64,000 nucleotides of DNA from Candidatus Omnitrophica bacterium UBA6249 (lineage in GTDB: Bacteria; Omnitrophota; Gorgyraeia; Gygaellales; Profunditerraquicolaceae): assembly GCA_002441305.1 (NCBI GenBank), contig DJVT01000014.1, positions 2,859-66,858 on the forward strand. Reading direction: 5' to 3'. The position numbers and the translations under genes are program-made. The first letter of the stretch is position 1. The number at the start of each line of letters is the position of its first letter. Under the pieces are notes generated by a model. That model searched no databases. It was not told where the DNA came from and was given only the letters and a program-made list of their open reading frames with translations. Positions 52,105 to 61,755 of this stretch are shown here, in pieces.

Positions 52105-53610
52105 CTATTTTTTCTTTGTTTCGATACGGGGGAATAATGGATCGCCTTTTTTTATCCTATCCTTGCCGAACTGCTCCCGGATCGATAAAGAGGTCTGCGG
52201 GATAAATGCCTCAAGCTGAAAGGCAACCCCCCTGATCACCTCGACCAGAAGGCGGATAAAACTGGCGAGCTCGTCCTTCTTATCCTGTTTGGCCAGGTTC
52301 CAGGGTTTTGTTTCCTCGACATGTTTATTGGCCATGCCGATCAACTCCCAGATTGCCTCCAGGGCGGAATTGAAATTGCACGCATCCAAAGCGGAGCTCA
52401 CTTGCGAATCCAGTTTAGAGAGCTTCTCCAGGATAGCCGCAGCTCCGCCGGACCGGGCAAGCTCTCCGCAGTCGACAGCGGGTATATCCCCCCCGAAATA
52501 CTTCTCCACCATGGTCAGGGTACGGTAAACCAGGTTGCCCAAATCGTTCGCCAAATCGCTGTTGTACCTTTTGACGATCCCCTCCTCGGAAAAACTCCCG
52601 TCCAGCCCGAATGGGACATCGCGCAGGAGGAAATAGCGGTAGGCGTCCAGCCCGTACTTCTTAACCATTTCCAGCGGGTTTACCACGTTCCCCCGCGACT
52701 TGGACATCTTATCCTCGTTAATCATCCACCAGCCGTGAGCAAAGACTGCTTCCGGAAGCGGGATGCCCAAGGCATGCAGCATAATCGGCCAGTACACGGT
52801 ATGCTGCCTCAGGATATCCTTTGCCATAAGGTGCAGCTGCGCCGGCCACCACTGGGATTTATAATTACCCGCCTCGTCAAACTCACCCGCCGCGCTGATA
52901 TAATTGATCAAGGCGTCAAACCAGACATAGGTTACGTGCGCCGGGGCAAAAGGCAGGGGGATGCCCCAGCTCAGCCTCTCCTTCGGCCGCGAGATGCACA
53001 AGTCGTTCAATTTATTCAACTCCAGGAATCTCATTGTCTCCTCGTAACGGCTGGCGGGCCTGATGAAACCAGGGTGCGCTTTCAGGAACCCCAGGAGCCA
53101 ATCCTGGTATTTGGAAAGCCGAAAAAAATAATTGCTCTCTACGATGCTCTCAACGGGCCTTTTGCAGTCCGGGCACAACCCTCCCTCCGCCTGCGACTCA
53201 AGCCAGAAGGTCTCGCATGGAGTACAGTATAAACCTTCGTATTTGCCCTCGTAGATATCCCCTTTTTCAAAGAGTATCCCGAGCACCCTCTGAACTGCCT
53301 TGATATGCCGTTCTTCGGTGGTGCGGATAAAATCGTCGTAAGAAACCCCCAAGGACTCCCAGAGCATTCTGAATTGCCCGCTTGTGCGGTCCACGAAGCT
53401 CTGCGCGGAAAGGCCGGCTGCATCCGCCGCCTTCTGGATTTTCTGCCCATGCTCGTCTGTGCCGGTAAGAAAACGCACGTTTTCCCTGCCCAGGGTGCGG
53501 CGCTTGAACCTGCTTAAGACGTCCGCGGCAATAGTAGTATAAGAATGCCCTATATGCGGAGAAGCATTCACGTAATAAATCGGAGTGGTAATATAAAATT
53601 TATTTGCCAT
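52105..53610 (-). CDS. metG: methionyl-tRNA synthetase (short form)
   Basis: HIGH motif (ASPHIGHSY), zinc knuckle (CTPCE...CPDC) and KMSKS motif. Confidence 0.95.
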   Translation of the reverse strand: MANKFYITTPIYYVNASPHIGHSYTTIAADVLSRFKRRTLGRENVRFLTGTDEHGQKIQKAADAAGLSAQSFVDRTSGQFRMLWESLGVSYDDFIRTTEERHIKAVQRVLGILFEKGDIYEGKYEGLYCTPCETFWLESQAEGGLCPDCKRPVESIVESNYFFRLSKYQDWLLGFLKAHPGFIRPASRYEETMRFLELNKLNDLCISRPKERLSWGIPLPFAPAHVTYVWFDALINYISAAGEFDEAGNYKSQWWPAQLHLMAKDILRQHTVYWPIMLHALGIPLPEAVFAHGWWMINEDKMSKSRGNVVNPLEMVKKYGLDAYRYFLLRDVPFGLDGSFSEEGIVKRYNSDLANDLGNLVYRTLTMVEKYFGGDIPAVDCGELARSGGAAAILEKLSKLDSQVSSALDACNFNSALEAIWELIGMANKHVEETKPWNLAKQDKKDELASFIRLLVEVIRGVAFQLEAFIPQTSLSIREQFGKDRIKKGDPLFPRIETKKK

Positions 53611-54409
53611 AATCCTTTTCCTTGTAAATTACCTCCAGGAAGCCCCCCTCTTCAAGCTGGACGTTAACCTTGCGTTTGAACACGTTTACCCCCACAACCT
53701 TGCCCTTTCCCTGCGCGGTATTCACGTGCTCGCCTTCCCTGGGCAATCCCTTGGAAAGCAATTTGTAGGTTTCGTATTCGTAAGAAAGGCAGCACATCAG
53801 GCGGCCGCATAACCCGGAGATCTTGGGAGGATTCAAAGACAACCCTTCTTCTTTGGCCATCTTTATAGTCACCGGTTCGAAATCTTTCAGGAATCTTTTA
53901 CAGCAAAGCTCCCTTCCACAGGAACCATACCCGCCGAAAAGCCTGGCCTCGTCCCTTACCCCGATCTGCCTTAATTCGATGCGCGCCTTGAATATCTTGG
54001 CCAGGTCCTTGACCAGGTTACGGAAATCCACCCTGCCGTCCGAGGTAAAATAAAACAATATCTTGGAGCGGTCGAAAGAATACTCCGCCTTTACCAGTTT
54101 CATGTCCAGCTTATGCTCGACGATCTTCTTCTCGCAGGCGCTGAAGGCCTCTTTGGCCTTAAGGCAGTTATCCTCCACCTGTTTCAGGTCGCTTTCCTTC
54201 GCCAGCCGGATTATTTTCTTCAACGGCTCCTTGGGATTGCGCTCGGCCGGCGCGCAATGCGCATGCTGAGGCATAACCACGCAACCGTAATCAAGCCCGC
54301 GGTCATTCTCCACGATCACGCAATCCCCCACCTTCAAAGTAAGATTCCCCGCCTGATAAAACTGTACCTGCCCCGAATTCCTAAGCTGCACCAGGATCAC
54401 ACCGTCCAT
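53600..54409 (-). CDS. PSP1 domain protein (RicT/YaaT-like)
   Basis: 269 aa with the PSP1 C-terminal domain and a Cys cluster (SCGRELCCKRF...GLCGRLMCCL). Confidence 0.8.
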   Translation of the reverse strand: MDGVILVQLRNSGQVQFYQAGNLTLKVGDCVIVENDRGLDYGCVVMPQHAHCAPAERNPKEPLKKIIRLAKESDLKQVEDNCLKAKEAFSACEKKIVEHKLDMKLVKAEYSFDRSKILFYFTSDGRVDFRNLVKDLAKIFKARIELRQIGVRDEARLFGGYGSCGRELCCKRFLKDFEPVTIKMAKEEGLSLNPPKISGLCGRLMCCLSYEYETYKLLSKGLPREGEHVNTAQGKGKVVGVNVFKRKVNVQLEEGGFLEVIYKEKDYGK

Positions 54410-55359
54410 AACTGCGCTCCTAAATTATGTAAAATCAACTTCGTGTTGATATTACCGTCCAGATAAGACAAACTCTCCGATACCGTATTGATTATGCCGT
54501 CGAGCTGGCGGAAGGAAAACCTGCGCGCGAGCTCGGAAAGATCATCCCTGCGGTCAAGGTGTATCAGGGATTCCTCTGGCACCGCTCCCGCCTTAAGTAT
54601 ATACACATCCCTGAACCAGGAAGCGGCCATGTTCAAGAATGAACGCAGGCCGTCCTTGCTCAAAGCGGCCAGGCTGCGGTCGAGCGGCTTGCCGGACAGT
54701 ATAAAAGAATCCAACACCTTATTCTTTTCCCTTATCGCCGCCGAATCCTTCAGCCTCAACGCCAACCCCAGCCTGCCTTCGGAATAAGAAGCCAAGAAAT
54801 GAGCCAATTCCCCATCCACGGAATACCTCTCCATCAAGACCTCTTTTAAAAGAATCGGGCGGAGAGGGGAAAACCTTATCGTCTTGCACCGTGAGAGCAC
54901 GGTCTTAAAAATAGATGAAGGCTTGTGCGTAACCAGAATAATAAGGCTGCCGGCGGGAGGCTCTTCGAGCACCTTAAGCAGTGAATTCGCCGCTTCAGGA
55001 TTAAGCTTATGGGCATCATTGATAATAAAAACCTTTACCACCCCTTCATAAGGACGGAAGTTAATCTCCCTTTGCAGGGAGCGGATATCCTCGATTTTTA
55101 TCTGGGAGGAGCCGCTCTCGATAAAATGCAGATCGGGATGCTGGCCCTTTTCTATTTTTATGCATGAGCCGCATAAACCGCACGGCCGGATGCCGTCCGA
55201 GACGCAATTCAACTTCTCCGCCGCGATTAAGGCAATCTCCTTCTTGCCGATCCCCTCCGGGCCACTGAATACGTAGCCGCCCGAAAAAAAACCTCCCTCT
55301 ATATAATTATTTATCAAGCCCAGCTCTTTTTCGTGTCCCAAGATATCGTTAAAACGCAT
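54397..55359 (-). CDS. holB: DNA polymerase III delta-prime subunit
   Basis: AAA+-like GPEGIGKK, a zinc module CGLCGSC, and LLKVLEEPP. Confidence 0.85.
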   Translation of the reverse strand: MRFNDILGHEKELGLINNYIEGGFFSGGYVFSGPEGIGKKEIALIAAEKLNCVSDGIRPCGLCGSCIKIEKGQHPDLHFIESGSSQIKIEDIRSLQREINFRPYEGVVKVFIINDAHKLNPEAANSLLKVLEEPPAGSLIILVTHKPSSIFKTVLSRCKTIRFSPLRPILLKEVLMERYSVDGELAHFLASYSEGRLGLALRLKDSAAIREKNKVLDSFILSGKPLDRSLAALSKDGLRSFLNMAASWFRDVYILKAGAVPEESLIHLDRRDDLSELARRFSFRQLDGIINTVSESLSYLDGNINTKLILHNLGAQLWTV

Positions 55360-55954
55360 CGGTCAGTTTCCTTATATTCTCCTGGGTCGCCATCTTATCC
55401 TCCAGGACCTTGACTATCTTTATCCTCTCCGGCTCAAGCCTGGCCATTTTCAGGTACCCCCTGCGCACCGCCTGGTGGTACTTAAAAGAACGCTTTTCTA
55501 TGCGATCCTTGCAGCGCAAGCGGTGTTCGAGCCCTTTCTTTACCGGCAGATCGAGAAAAAACGTAAGGTCCGGATTTATCCCGCAGGTGGCGAATTTACC
55601 GATTGTCTTTATAAACCCTATATCTATACCCAGGCCAAACCCCTGGTAAGCAACGGTAGAGTCCAGGAAACGGTCGCAGATAACGACCTTCCCCGAGGAA
55701 AGCGCCGGGGCGATTACCTCCTTCACCGTCTGGGCGCGGGAGGCCATATAAAGCAGGGTCTCCGCTTCCGGCGACACCCTGCTCTCCGGGTCAAGAAGTA
55801 TCCGCCTTATCTTCTCGCTCAAAGACACCCCTCCCGGCTCGCGCAAGAAAACCACCTTTTGCCCCCTGGATTTCAAATAACGGCAGAGCATCTCCGACTG
55901 CGTGCTCTTGCCGCACCCCTCTGAACCTTCGAATGTGATGAATTTAGCTTTCAT
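55349..55954 (-). CDS. tmk: thymidylate kinase
   Basis: P-loop FEGSEGCGKST, the DRF motif (ICDRFLDST) and a LID region. Confidence 0.9.
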   Translation of the reverse strand: MKAKFITFEGSEGCGKSTQSEMLCRYLKSRGQKVVFLREPGGVSLSEKIRRILLDPESRVSPEAETLLYMASRAQTVKEVIAPALSSGKVVICDRFLDSTVAYQGFGLGIDIGFIKTIGKFATCGINPDLTFFLDLPVKKGLEHRLRCKDRIEKRSFKYHQAVRRGYLKMARLEPERIKIVKVLEDKMATQENIRKLTDAF

Positions 55955-55979
55955 GCGTATTTTTTCTTAAAAACCCCGG

Positions 55980-57410
55980 CTATATCTTCCTGCGCCAGGT
56001 CGTCCCCTCCCTGGTATCCTCCAGTATTACCCCCTGCAGTTCGAGATCCTTCCTTATCTTATCGGCCAAAGCATAATCCCTGGCGCGTTTTGCCTCCAGC
56101 CTGTCGGCGATACGCGACTTTATCTGCTCCTCGCCGATCTGCCCGACGGATTCCGCCTGCTCCAGGGTAATATTCAGGATAGAAAGCATCTCTTTCAGGA
56201 CGACCTTGGCCCCAATGACAAAATCGACCCGGGAAATATTCCTGTTAGCCGCGTTCACCAGTTCAAAAACACAGGCCATCGCGCCGGGCGTATTGAAATC
56301 GTCGTCCAAGGAAGCAAGGAATTTATTTTTTATGCGCATTATTTCATCCGGTATTTTCTTCGCCAGGGTGCGCAGAAAAGCGAATTTCACCGCGTTGGCC
56401 TTGTCCATGAAAATAGCTATCCTCTCCAGGGCGCACCTTGCCTCCTCTATCTTGGAGCTGCTGTAATCTATTGGATGGGAATAATGCGCGGACAGGAAAA
56501 AAAGCTTGAGCAAATCCGGGTTCCTGTAGCGAGAGATAAAATCCCCGATAGTCACGAAGTTGCCGAGGGACTTGGACATCTTCTGCCCCTCGATAGTCAA
56601 AAGGCCGTGATGTATCCAGTAGCGCGCGAATTTCTTGCCTGCCCCTTCCGATTGGGCGATCTCGTTTTCATGGTGCGGGAATATGAGATCGATTCCGCCG
56701 CCGTGGATATCGAATTCGTCTCCCAGGATATCGGAGCTCATTACCGAACACTCGATATGCCACCCCGGCCTGCCCTTGCCCCACGGGCTATCCCATGCCG
56801 GTTCCCCGGGCTTGGCGGATTTCCATAAAGCAAAATCCAGGGGGTCCCTCTTGTTTTCGCCGGAAGCCACTCTCGCTCCCGTCTCCATCTTTTCCGCCTC
56901 CTGGTTCGACAATTTCCCGTACCCGTCGGCCTTTTTTATGTCGAAATACACATCCCCCCGCGAAGCGTAGGCGCACCCGTTATCGATCAGCCTGCCGATA
57001 AACTTCTGCATCAGGGGCCTGTCCTCCCCTACATACTCCGTGGCCTTGGGCTCAAAATCCGGATCGAGTATCCCCAGCCCGTGCATGTCCTTATGATAAA
57101 GCCCGAGGTATTTGGCGGAAACCCTTCTCACCGCTTCGTTCAAATCCCCTTCGCCGAACTCCCTGCGCGCCTTGTCGATAATCTTATCGTCCACATCGGT
57201 AACGTTCCTGACGAAAGTAACCTTATAACCGCGGTAAAGCAGGTACCTCCTGATTACGTCGAAAATATAGGCGCTGCGCGCGTGCCCGATATGCGCCTCA
57301 TCGTAAACCGTCGGGCCGCAGACATACATCTTTATCTCTTTCGGCTTCAAAGGGACCAGCTCTTCTTTTTTCCGGGAAAGCGAATTGTATATTAAAATAC
57401 TTCTCTCCAT
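55980..57410 (-). CDS. cysS: cysteinyl-tRNA synthetase
   Basis: CGPTVYDEAHIGHARS (HIGH), HGGGIDLIFPHHENE and KMSKSLGN. Confidence 0.95.
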   Translation of the reverse strand: MERSILIYNSLSRKKEELVPLKPKEIKMYVCGPTVYDEAHIGHARSAYIFDVIRRYLLYRGYKVTFVRNVTDVDDKIIDKARREFGEGDLNEAVRRVSAKYLGLYHKDMHGLGILDPDFEPKATEYVGEDRPLMQKFIGRLIDNGCAYASRGDVYFDIKKADGYGKLSNQEAEKMETGARVASGENKRDPLDFALWKSAKPGEPAWDSPWGKGRPGWHIECSVMSSDILGDEFDIHGGGIDLIFPHHENEIAQSEGAGKKFARYWIHHGLLTIEGQKMSKSLGNFVTIGDFISRYRNPDLLKLFFLSAHYSHPIDYSSSKIEEARCALERIAIFMDKANAVKFAFLRTLAKKIPDEIMRIKNKFLASLDDDFNTPGAMACVFELVNAANRNISRVDFVIGAKVVLKEMLSILNITLEQAESVGQIGEEQIKSRIADRLEAKRARDYALADKIRKDLELQGVILEDTREGTTWRRKI

Positions 57411-57419
57411 CGAATTGTC

Positions 57420-58106
57420 CTATCCGGTTTTCCTCTCCAGCTTGTCGATCCTGGACTCTATCTCCTCCATATTCTGCTTGATCGGATCCAGGATATGCGC
57501 GTGATCCAGACTTATATCTATTTTCTTGCCGTCCTGCTTGGTAATCCGCCCGGGGACGCCTACCACCGTGGAGTTGGCCGGGACATCCTTGATTACCACG
57601 GCATTGGCCCCGATATAGGAATTTTCGCCGATGGTAATACTCCCCAGGACTTTGGCCCCTGCCCCCACTACCACATTATCCTCTATAGTCGGGTGCCTCT
57701 TGCCCTTGACTACGCCTGTCCCTCCCAGAGTAACCCCCTGGTAAAGAAGCACATCATCCCCGATAATCGCGGTCTCTCCGATCACCACTCCCATGCCATG
57801 GTCGATAAAAAACCGCCTGCCTATCTTGGCGCCCGGGTGTATTTCTATCCCGGTGAACAGGCGCGCGGCCTGGGAAATTGCGCGGGCGGCAAAAAACATA
57901 TGCATGCTGTAAAAAATGTGCGCTATGCGGTAATAGACAAGCGCGTGCAGCCCCTGGTAAAGCAGGATTATCTCCAGGAAACTTTTCGCCGCGGGGTCCC
58001 TTTTTTGCGCAGCGCGCACATCCGCATAGAAAAATAGGGAAATCAAAGAAACCTTAACCGCAAACAACACGACAAACGCCAATATTATAACCGTCACGTA
58101 AACCAT
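57420..58106 (-). CDS. cysE: serine O-acetyltransferase
   Basis: [22 protein letters not shown], hexapeptide repeats ([28 protein letters not shown]...) and a coiled C-terminal tail. The start is uncertain among 58193, 58106 and an internal TTG (~58055). Confidence 0.85.
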   Translation of the reverse strand: MVYVTVIILAFVVLFAVKVSLISLFFYADVRAAQKRDPAAKSFLEIILLYQGLHALVYYRIAHIFYSMHMFFAARAISQAARLFTGIEIHPGAKIGRRFFIDHGMGVVIGETAIIGDDVLLYQGVTLGGTGVVKGKRHPTIEDNVVVGAGAKVLGSITIGENSYIGANAVVIKDVPANSTVVGVPGRITKQDGKKIDISLDHAHILDPIKQNMEEIESRIDKLERKTG

Positions 58107-58155
58107 ATAAACCTTCCTCTCCGGCAAAAACCCGGAACCGGCGGGCCGGCCGTTG

Positions 58156-58635
58156 TTACGGCTTAGCCAGCGATACCACAGCGTAACAGACAACCGCCTC
58201 GCAAGAACCGACGGAGTCCAGCCCTTCGTTTGTCTTTGCCTTTATATTCAAAACACCCTCATCTATCGCCAGCAGGGAACAAAGCCTGCCCTTAATCTCT
58301 TTCTTGAACGGGGAGATCGCCGGGGCCTGCGCGATAATCACCGTATCGATATTACAAATCTCATAACCCGAGGAATCAAGCATCGCCTTAACCAGCGCAA
58401 GCAGACGCCCGCTATCGGCATCCTTGTATGCCGGGTCGCTGTCCGGGAAATGTTCGCCTATGTCTCCCAAGGACAATGCGCCGAGTATGGCATCGCAGAC
58501 GGCATGGATCAAGGCATCCGCGTCCGAATGCCCGAGAAGCCCTTTTTCAAAAGGTATCCTGACCCCTCCCAAAATCAGGGGCCTGCCGGGAACCAAACGG
58601 TGTATGTCATATCCTATCCCGGACCTATAATGCAT
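58156..58635 (-). CDS. ispF: 2-C-methyl-D-erythritol 2,4-cyclodiphosphate synthase
   Basis: [22 protein letters not shown] and [11 protein letters not shown]. Confidence 0.95.
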   Translation of the reverse strand: MHYRSGIGYDIHRLVPGRPLILGGVRIPFEKGLLGHSDADALIHAVCDAILGALSLGDIGEHFPDSDPAYKDADSGRLLALVKAMLDSSGYEICNIDTVIIAQAPAISPFKKEIKGRLCSLLAIDEGVLNIKAKTNEGLDSVGSCEAVVCYAVVSLAKP

Positions 58636-59311
58636 GACTTTCCTCCCTGGCTATGAAATCCGCTATCGACAGATCGTCTACGGTAGTTATCTTTATATTC
58701 CTATAGCTGCCTTCGACTATATCCACCCTGCCGCCTATCTTCTCCACCAGCGAAGCGTCGTCGGTAACATCATCCCTGCCGTATTTTAAGTACGCCCTGA
58801 CGAGCAGGTCTTTCCTGAATACCTGCGGGGTCTGCGCCTCCCAGAGTTTTCCTCTCTCCATGGTCCGCGTAACCGCTTTCCCGCCTGCTGAAAATTTTAT
58901 GGTCGCCTTCGGCCTGACCGCCAGGATAGCCGCCCCGCTCTTCTTTGCCTTGCGGATTACTTTCGTGATCATTTTTTCCTCCGGGAAAGGCCTGGCGGAA
59001 TCATGGACCAGGACCCAACCGCTCCGCTCGCTTAAAGCCTTAAGCCCGTTAAATACCGAATCCTGCCTGCGCCTGCCGCCCTGCACAAAAACCTTCACCT
59101 TCCGGAAACGACCCTTGTTCACGGCATCGATTATCCGGGCGCGGCTATCCGGGCCGAATACCACGACAATCTCGTCCACCGCGGGGTGGCGGTCCAGGAC
59201 GGCGAGCGAACGGGCAATCGCAGGTTTCCCCCCTATTTTCACCAAAGGTTTAGGCAGCGCGGAGTTGAGGCGGACGCCTTTCCCCGCGGCAAGCACGATC
59301 GCGCTAAGCAT
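58625..59311 (-). CDS. ispD: 2-C-methyl-D-erythritol 4-phosphate cytidylyltransferase
   Basis: IVLAAGKGVRL...PK, VLVHDSARPF and a family-typical length of 228 aa. Confidence 0.9.
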   Translation of the reverse strand: MLSAIVLAAGKGVRLNSALPKPLVKIGGKPAIARSLAVLDRHPAVDEIVVVFGPDSRARIIDAVNKGRFRKVKVFVQGGRRRQDSVFNGLKALSERSGWVLVHDSARPFPEEKMITKVIRKAKKSGAAILAVRPKATIKFSAGGKAVTRTMERGKLWEAQTPQVFRKDLLVRAYLKYGRDDVTDDASLVEKIGGRVDIVEGSYRNIKITTVDDLSIADFIAREESHAL

Positions 59312-60318
59312 TATCTTTCGATCCTGGTAAAGATCATCCTTCCCGCCTGCGTCTGCAGGACAGAGGTAACTACGACCTTGACGTCCTGGCCGATAAGACG
59401 ACGGGCATCCTCCACCACGACCATCGTACCGTCATCCAGGTAGCCTATCGCCTGGTTATGCTCCTTGCCTTCTTTGATCAGCTTTATATGCATCTCTTCC
59501 CCGGGGAAAACCACGGGTTTCAAGGCATTGGCCAGTTCGTTGATATTAAGCACCTTGATCCCCTGGATACTGGCTACGCGGTTAAGGTTGAAATCCACCG
59601 TAAGTATCTTCGCCTCGATCAGTTTTGCCAGGAGGACCAGCTTGGCATCCACTTCCGTAGTCTCGGAGAAATCCTGTTCATGGATGGTTATGTCCATGCC
59701 GGATTCTTTCTGGATGGTGTTGAGTATCTCCAGCCCGCGCCTCCCCCTCTGGCGCTTGATCGGATCCGTGGAATCGGCGATCTGCTGCAGCTCCCTGAGC
59801 ACGAACTTGGGGATGACCACTTTACCCCCTAAAAAACGCGTCTTGCATATATCCACTATCCTTCCGTCGATAATCACGCTGGTGTCCAGGAGGATCACGT
59901 CTCCCGACTGGTCCTGGCGGCGCAGGCGCACGTAAGGAATAATGATATTGAACTCGTCCTTACCGCGCAAAGCAACGACTACCCCCAGATAACAAAATGT
60001 CAATGTCAAAGTCACCCTGATCATGGAAAGAGTAGCCTGATCGGTGTAAAAAAGGCTGAAGGCGTCTCCGGCAAGTTTTGCCATGATCAACCCCAGGATC
60101 AGCCCGAACACGGAACTGGACAGTCCGTTCACGGACACCTTGCGCAGTCCGGCCTCAAGGATAATCAATACGAAAGCTATCGACCCGCCGATCAACATGC
60201 CAAACAGCCCGGAGCCGTCCTGGCCCGTGGTCTGATAACCTATTAACATCCCTCCTAAGATAAAGACGATACGCACCAGCAATAAATTCATTCTCATACC
60301 TCCTTGTCCGGGGGACAC
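59311..60318 (-). CDS. membrane-anchored PIN/TRAM domain protein (YacL-like)
   Basis: Four N-terminal TM segments, a PIN domain ([13 protein letters not shown]...[11 protein letters not shown]) and a C-terminal TRAM-like barrel ([21 protein letters not shown]). Confidence 0.8.
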   Translation of the reverse strand: MSPGQGGMRMNLLLVRIVFILGGMLIGYQTTGQDGSGLFGMLIGGSIAFVLIILEAGLRKVSVNGLSSSVFGLILGLIMAKLAGDAFSLFYTDQATLSMIRVTLTLTFCYLGVVVALRGKDEFNIIIPYVRLRRQDQSGDVILLDTSVIIDGRIVDICKTRFLGGKVVIPKFVLRELQQIADSTDPIKRQRGRRGLEILNTIQKESGMDITIHEQDFSETTEVDAKLVLLAKLIEAKILTVDFNLNRVASIQGIKVLNINELANALKPVVFPGEEMHIKLIKEGKEHNQAIGYLDDGTMVVVEDARRLIGQDVKVVVTSVLQTQAGRMIFTRIER

Positions 60319-60333
60319 GCAGGAATCCCCGGC

Positions 60334-61749
60334 CTAAATCTTCGCCTGCGTCTTTGCCCCGGGAGCCTGCTGTTTAACGGAGGACCCCAAGATTATATCC
60401 AGGGACTCCTTTAAAGTAGAAACGGGGATGATCTCTATGCCTGCTTTTCCAACCTTAAGGTTCTTGCAGCTGTTTTTCGGTAATATGCAATGCTTGAACC
60501 CCAGTTTTTCCGCCTCGTTTATGCGCGTAGTTACCTGGGAGATGCTGCGGATCTCACCGCTCAAGCCCACCTCCCCCAAAACCACAGCCTGCGGCATAAC
60601 CACCTGCTCGCGGAAACTGGAGGCCACCACTGCGCATACGGCCAGATCCGCAGCGGGATCCTCGACCTTGATCCCTCCGGCAACATTCACGAAGATGTCT
60701 TCGGCTTCCAGGGCCAGGCCCATGCGTTTCTCCAGGACCGCCACCAGCAAAGAAAGCCTGTTAAAATCGAAACCTTGCGCCCTGCGCCTGGCATATCCAA
60801 AATTGCTTCTCGAAACAAGAGACTGGATCTCCACCAGCAGGGGGCGCGTCCCCTCCAGCACGGAAGTGACAACCGATCCGGGCACTCCGTTGGGCCGCTC
60901 CGAGAGGAAAATCTCGGAAGGGTTCTTTACTTCGGACAGCCCGTCGGCGCCCATCTCGAATACGCCTATCTCGTTGGTAGAGCCAAACCTGTTTTTCACC
61001 GCCCGCAGTATCCTGTAGACGGCGAAACGGTCGCCTTCGAAATACAGGACTGTATCTACGATATGCTCCAGGACGCGCGGACCGGCGAGGGTGCCTTCCT
61101 TGGTAACATGGCCGATAATAAAAACCGAGGTCCCCGTGCTCTTGGCAAGCTGGGTCAAAGCTCCGGCGCACTCCCTGACCTGGCTTACGCTCCCCGCCGA
61201 AGAGCTTAACGCGGGATCGAAAATCACCTGGATCGAATCTATTACCACGACCCGCGGCTTTATCTCCTTGATATGCTCGAGGATTAAAGAGAGGTCGGTC
61301 TGATTAACTATATACAAGTTATCCGAACCCGGCTGCCCTAAACGCTTGGCGCGCATCTTGGTCTGGACTGACGACTCCTCTCCGCTGACATAAAGCACGC
61401 GGATGCCCTGTTTGGTAAGACGGTCAGAGACCTGTAAAGAAATAGTGGACTTGCCGACTCCCGGATCCCCTCCGATCAGGATCACCGAACCTTTCACTAT
61501 CCCCCCGCCCAGCACCCTGTCCAGTTCACGGATGTCGGTCTTGAACCTGTCTTCTTCCGCAGCCACCACATCCTTTAACAAGACCGGTTTTTCCTTGTAT
61601 AAAGAGACGCGCTCCCTGCTTCCTGAAGAAGGGGCGGTATAATCCTCCTCGCTGAAAGAATTCCAACTGCTGCAATCCGGGCACCTGCCCAGCCATTTCG
61701 CAGACTGGTATCCACAGTTGGAGCAAGTAAATATGGTTTTTGATTTCAT
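60334..61749 (-). CDS. radA: DNA repair protein RadA/Sms
   Basis: Zinc finger CSNCGYQSAKWLGRCPDC, Walker A GGDPGVGKST, KNRFG motif and a Lon-like C-terminal domain. Confidence 0.95.
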   Translation of the reverse strand: MKSKTIFTCSNCGYQSAKWLGRCPDCSSWNSFSEEDYTAPSSGSRERVSLYKEKPVLLKDVVAAEEDRFKTDIRELDRVLGGGIVKGSVILIGGDPGVGKSTISLQVSDRLTKQGIRVLYVSGEESSVQTKMRAKRLGQPGSDNLYIVNQTDLSLILEHIKEIKPRVVVIDSIQVIFDPALSSSAGSVSQVRECAGALTQLAKSTGTSVFIIGHVTKEGTLAGPRVLEHIVDTVLYFEGDRFAVYRILRAVKNRFGSTNEIGVFEMGADGLSEVKNPSEIFLSERPNGVPGSVVTSVLEGTRPLLVEIQSLVSRSNFGYARRRAQGFDFNRLSLLVAVLEKRMGLALEAEDIFVNVAGGIKVEDPAADLAVCAVVASSFREQVVMPQAVVLGEVGLSGEIRSISQVTTRINEAEKLGFKHCILPKNSCKNLKVGKAGIEIIPVSTLKESLDIILGSSVKQQAPGAKTQAKI

Positions 61750-61755
61750 TTTATT

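Noticed and set aside
58107-58193. N-terminal extension and apparent TM helix ([26 protein letters not shown]) on CysE
   Set aside because: The longest ORF overlaps ispF. An internal TTG (~58055) with an AAGG SD would give a canonical soluble CysE. A membrane-anchored CysE cannot be supported from sequence alone.
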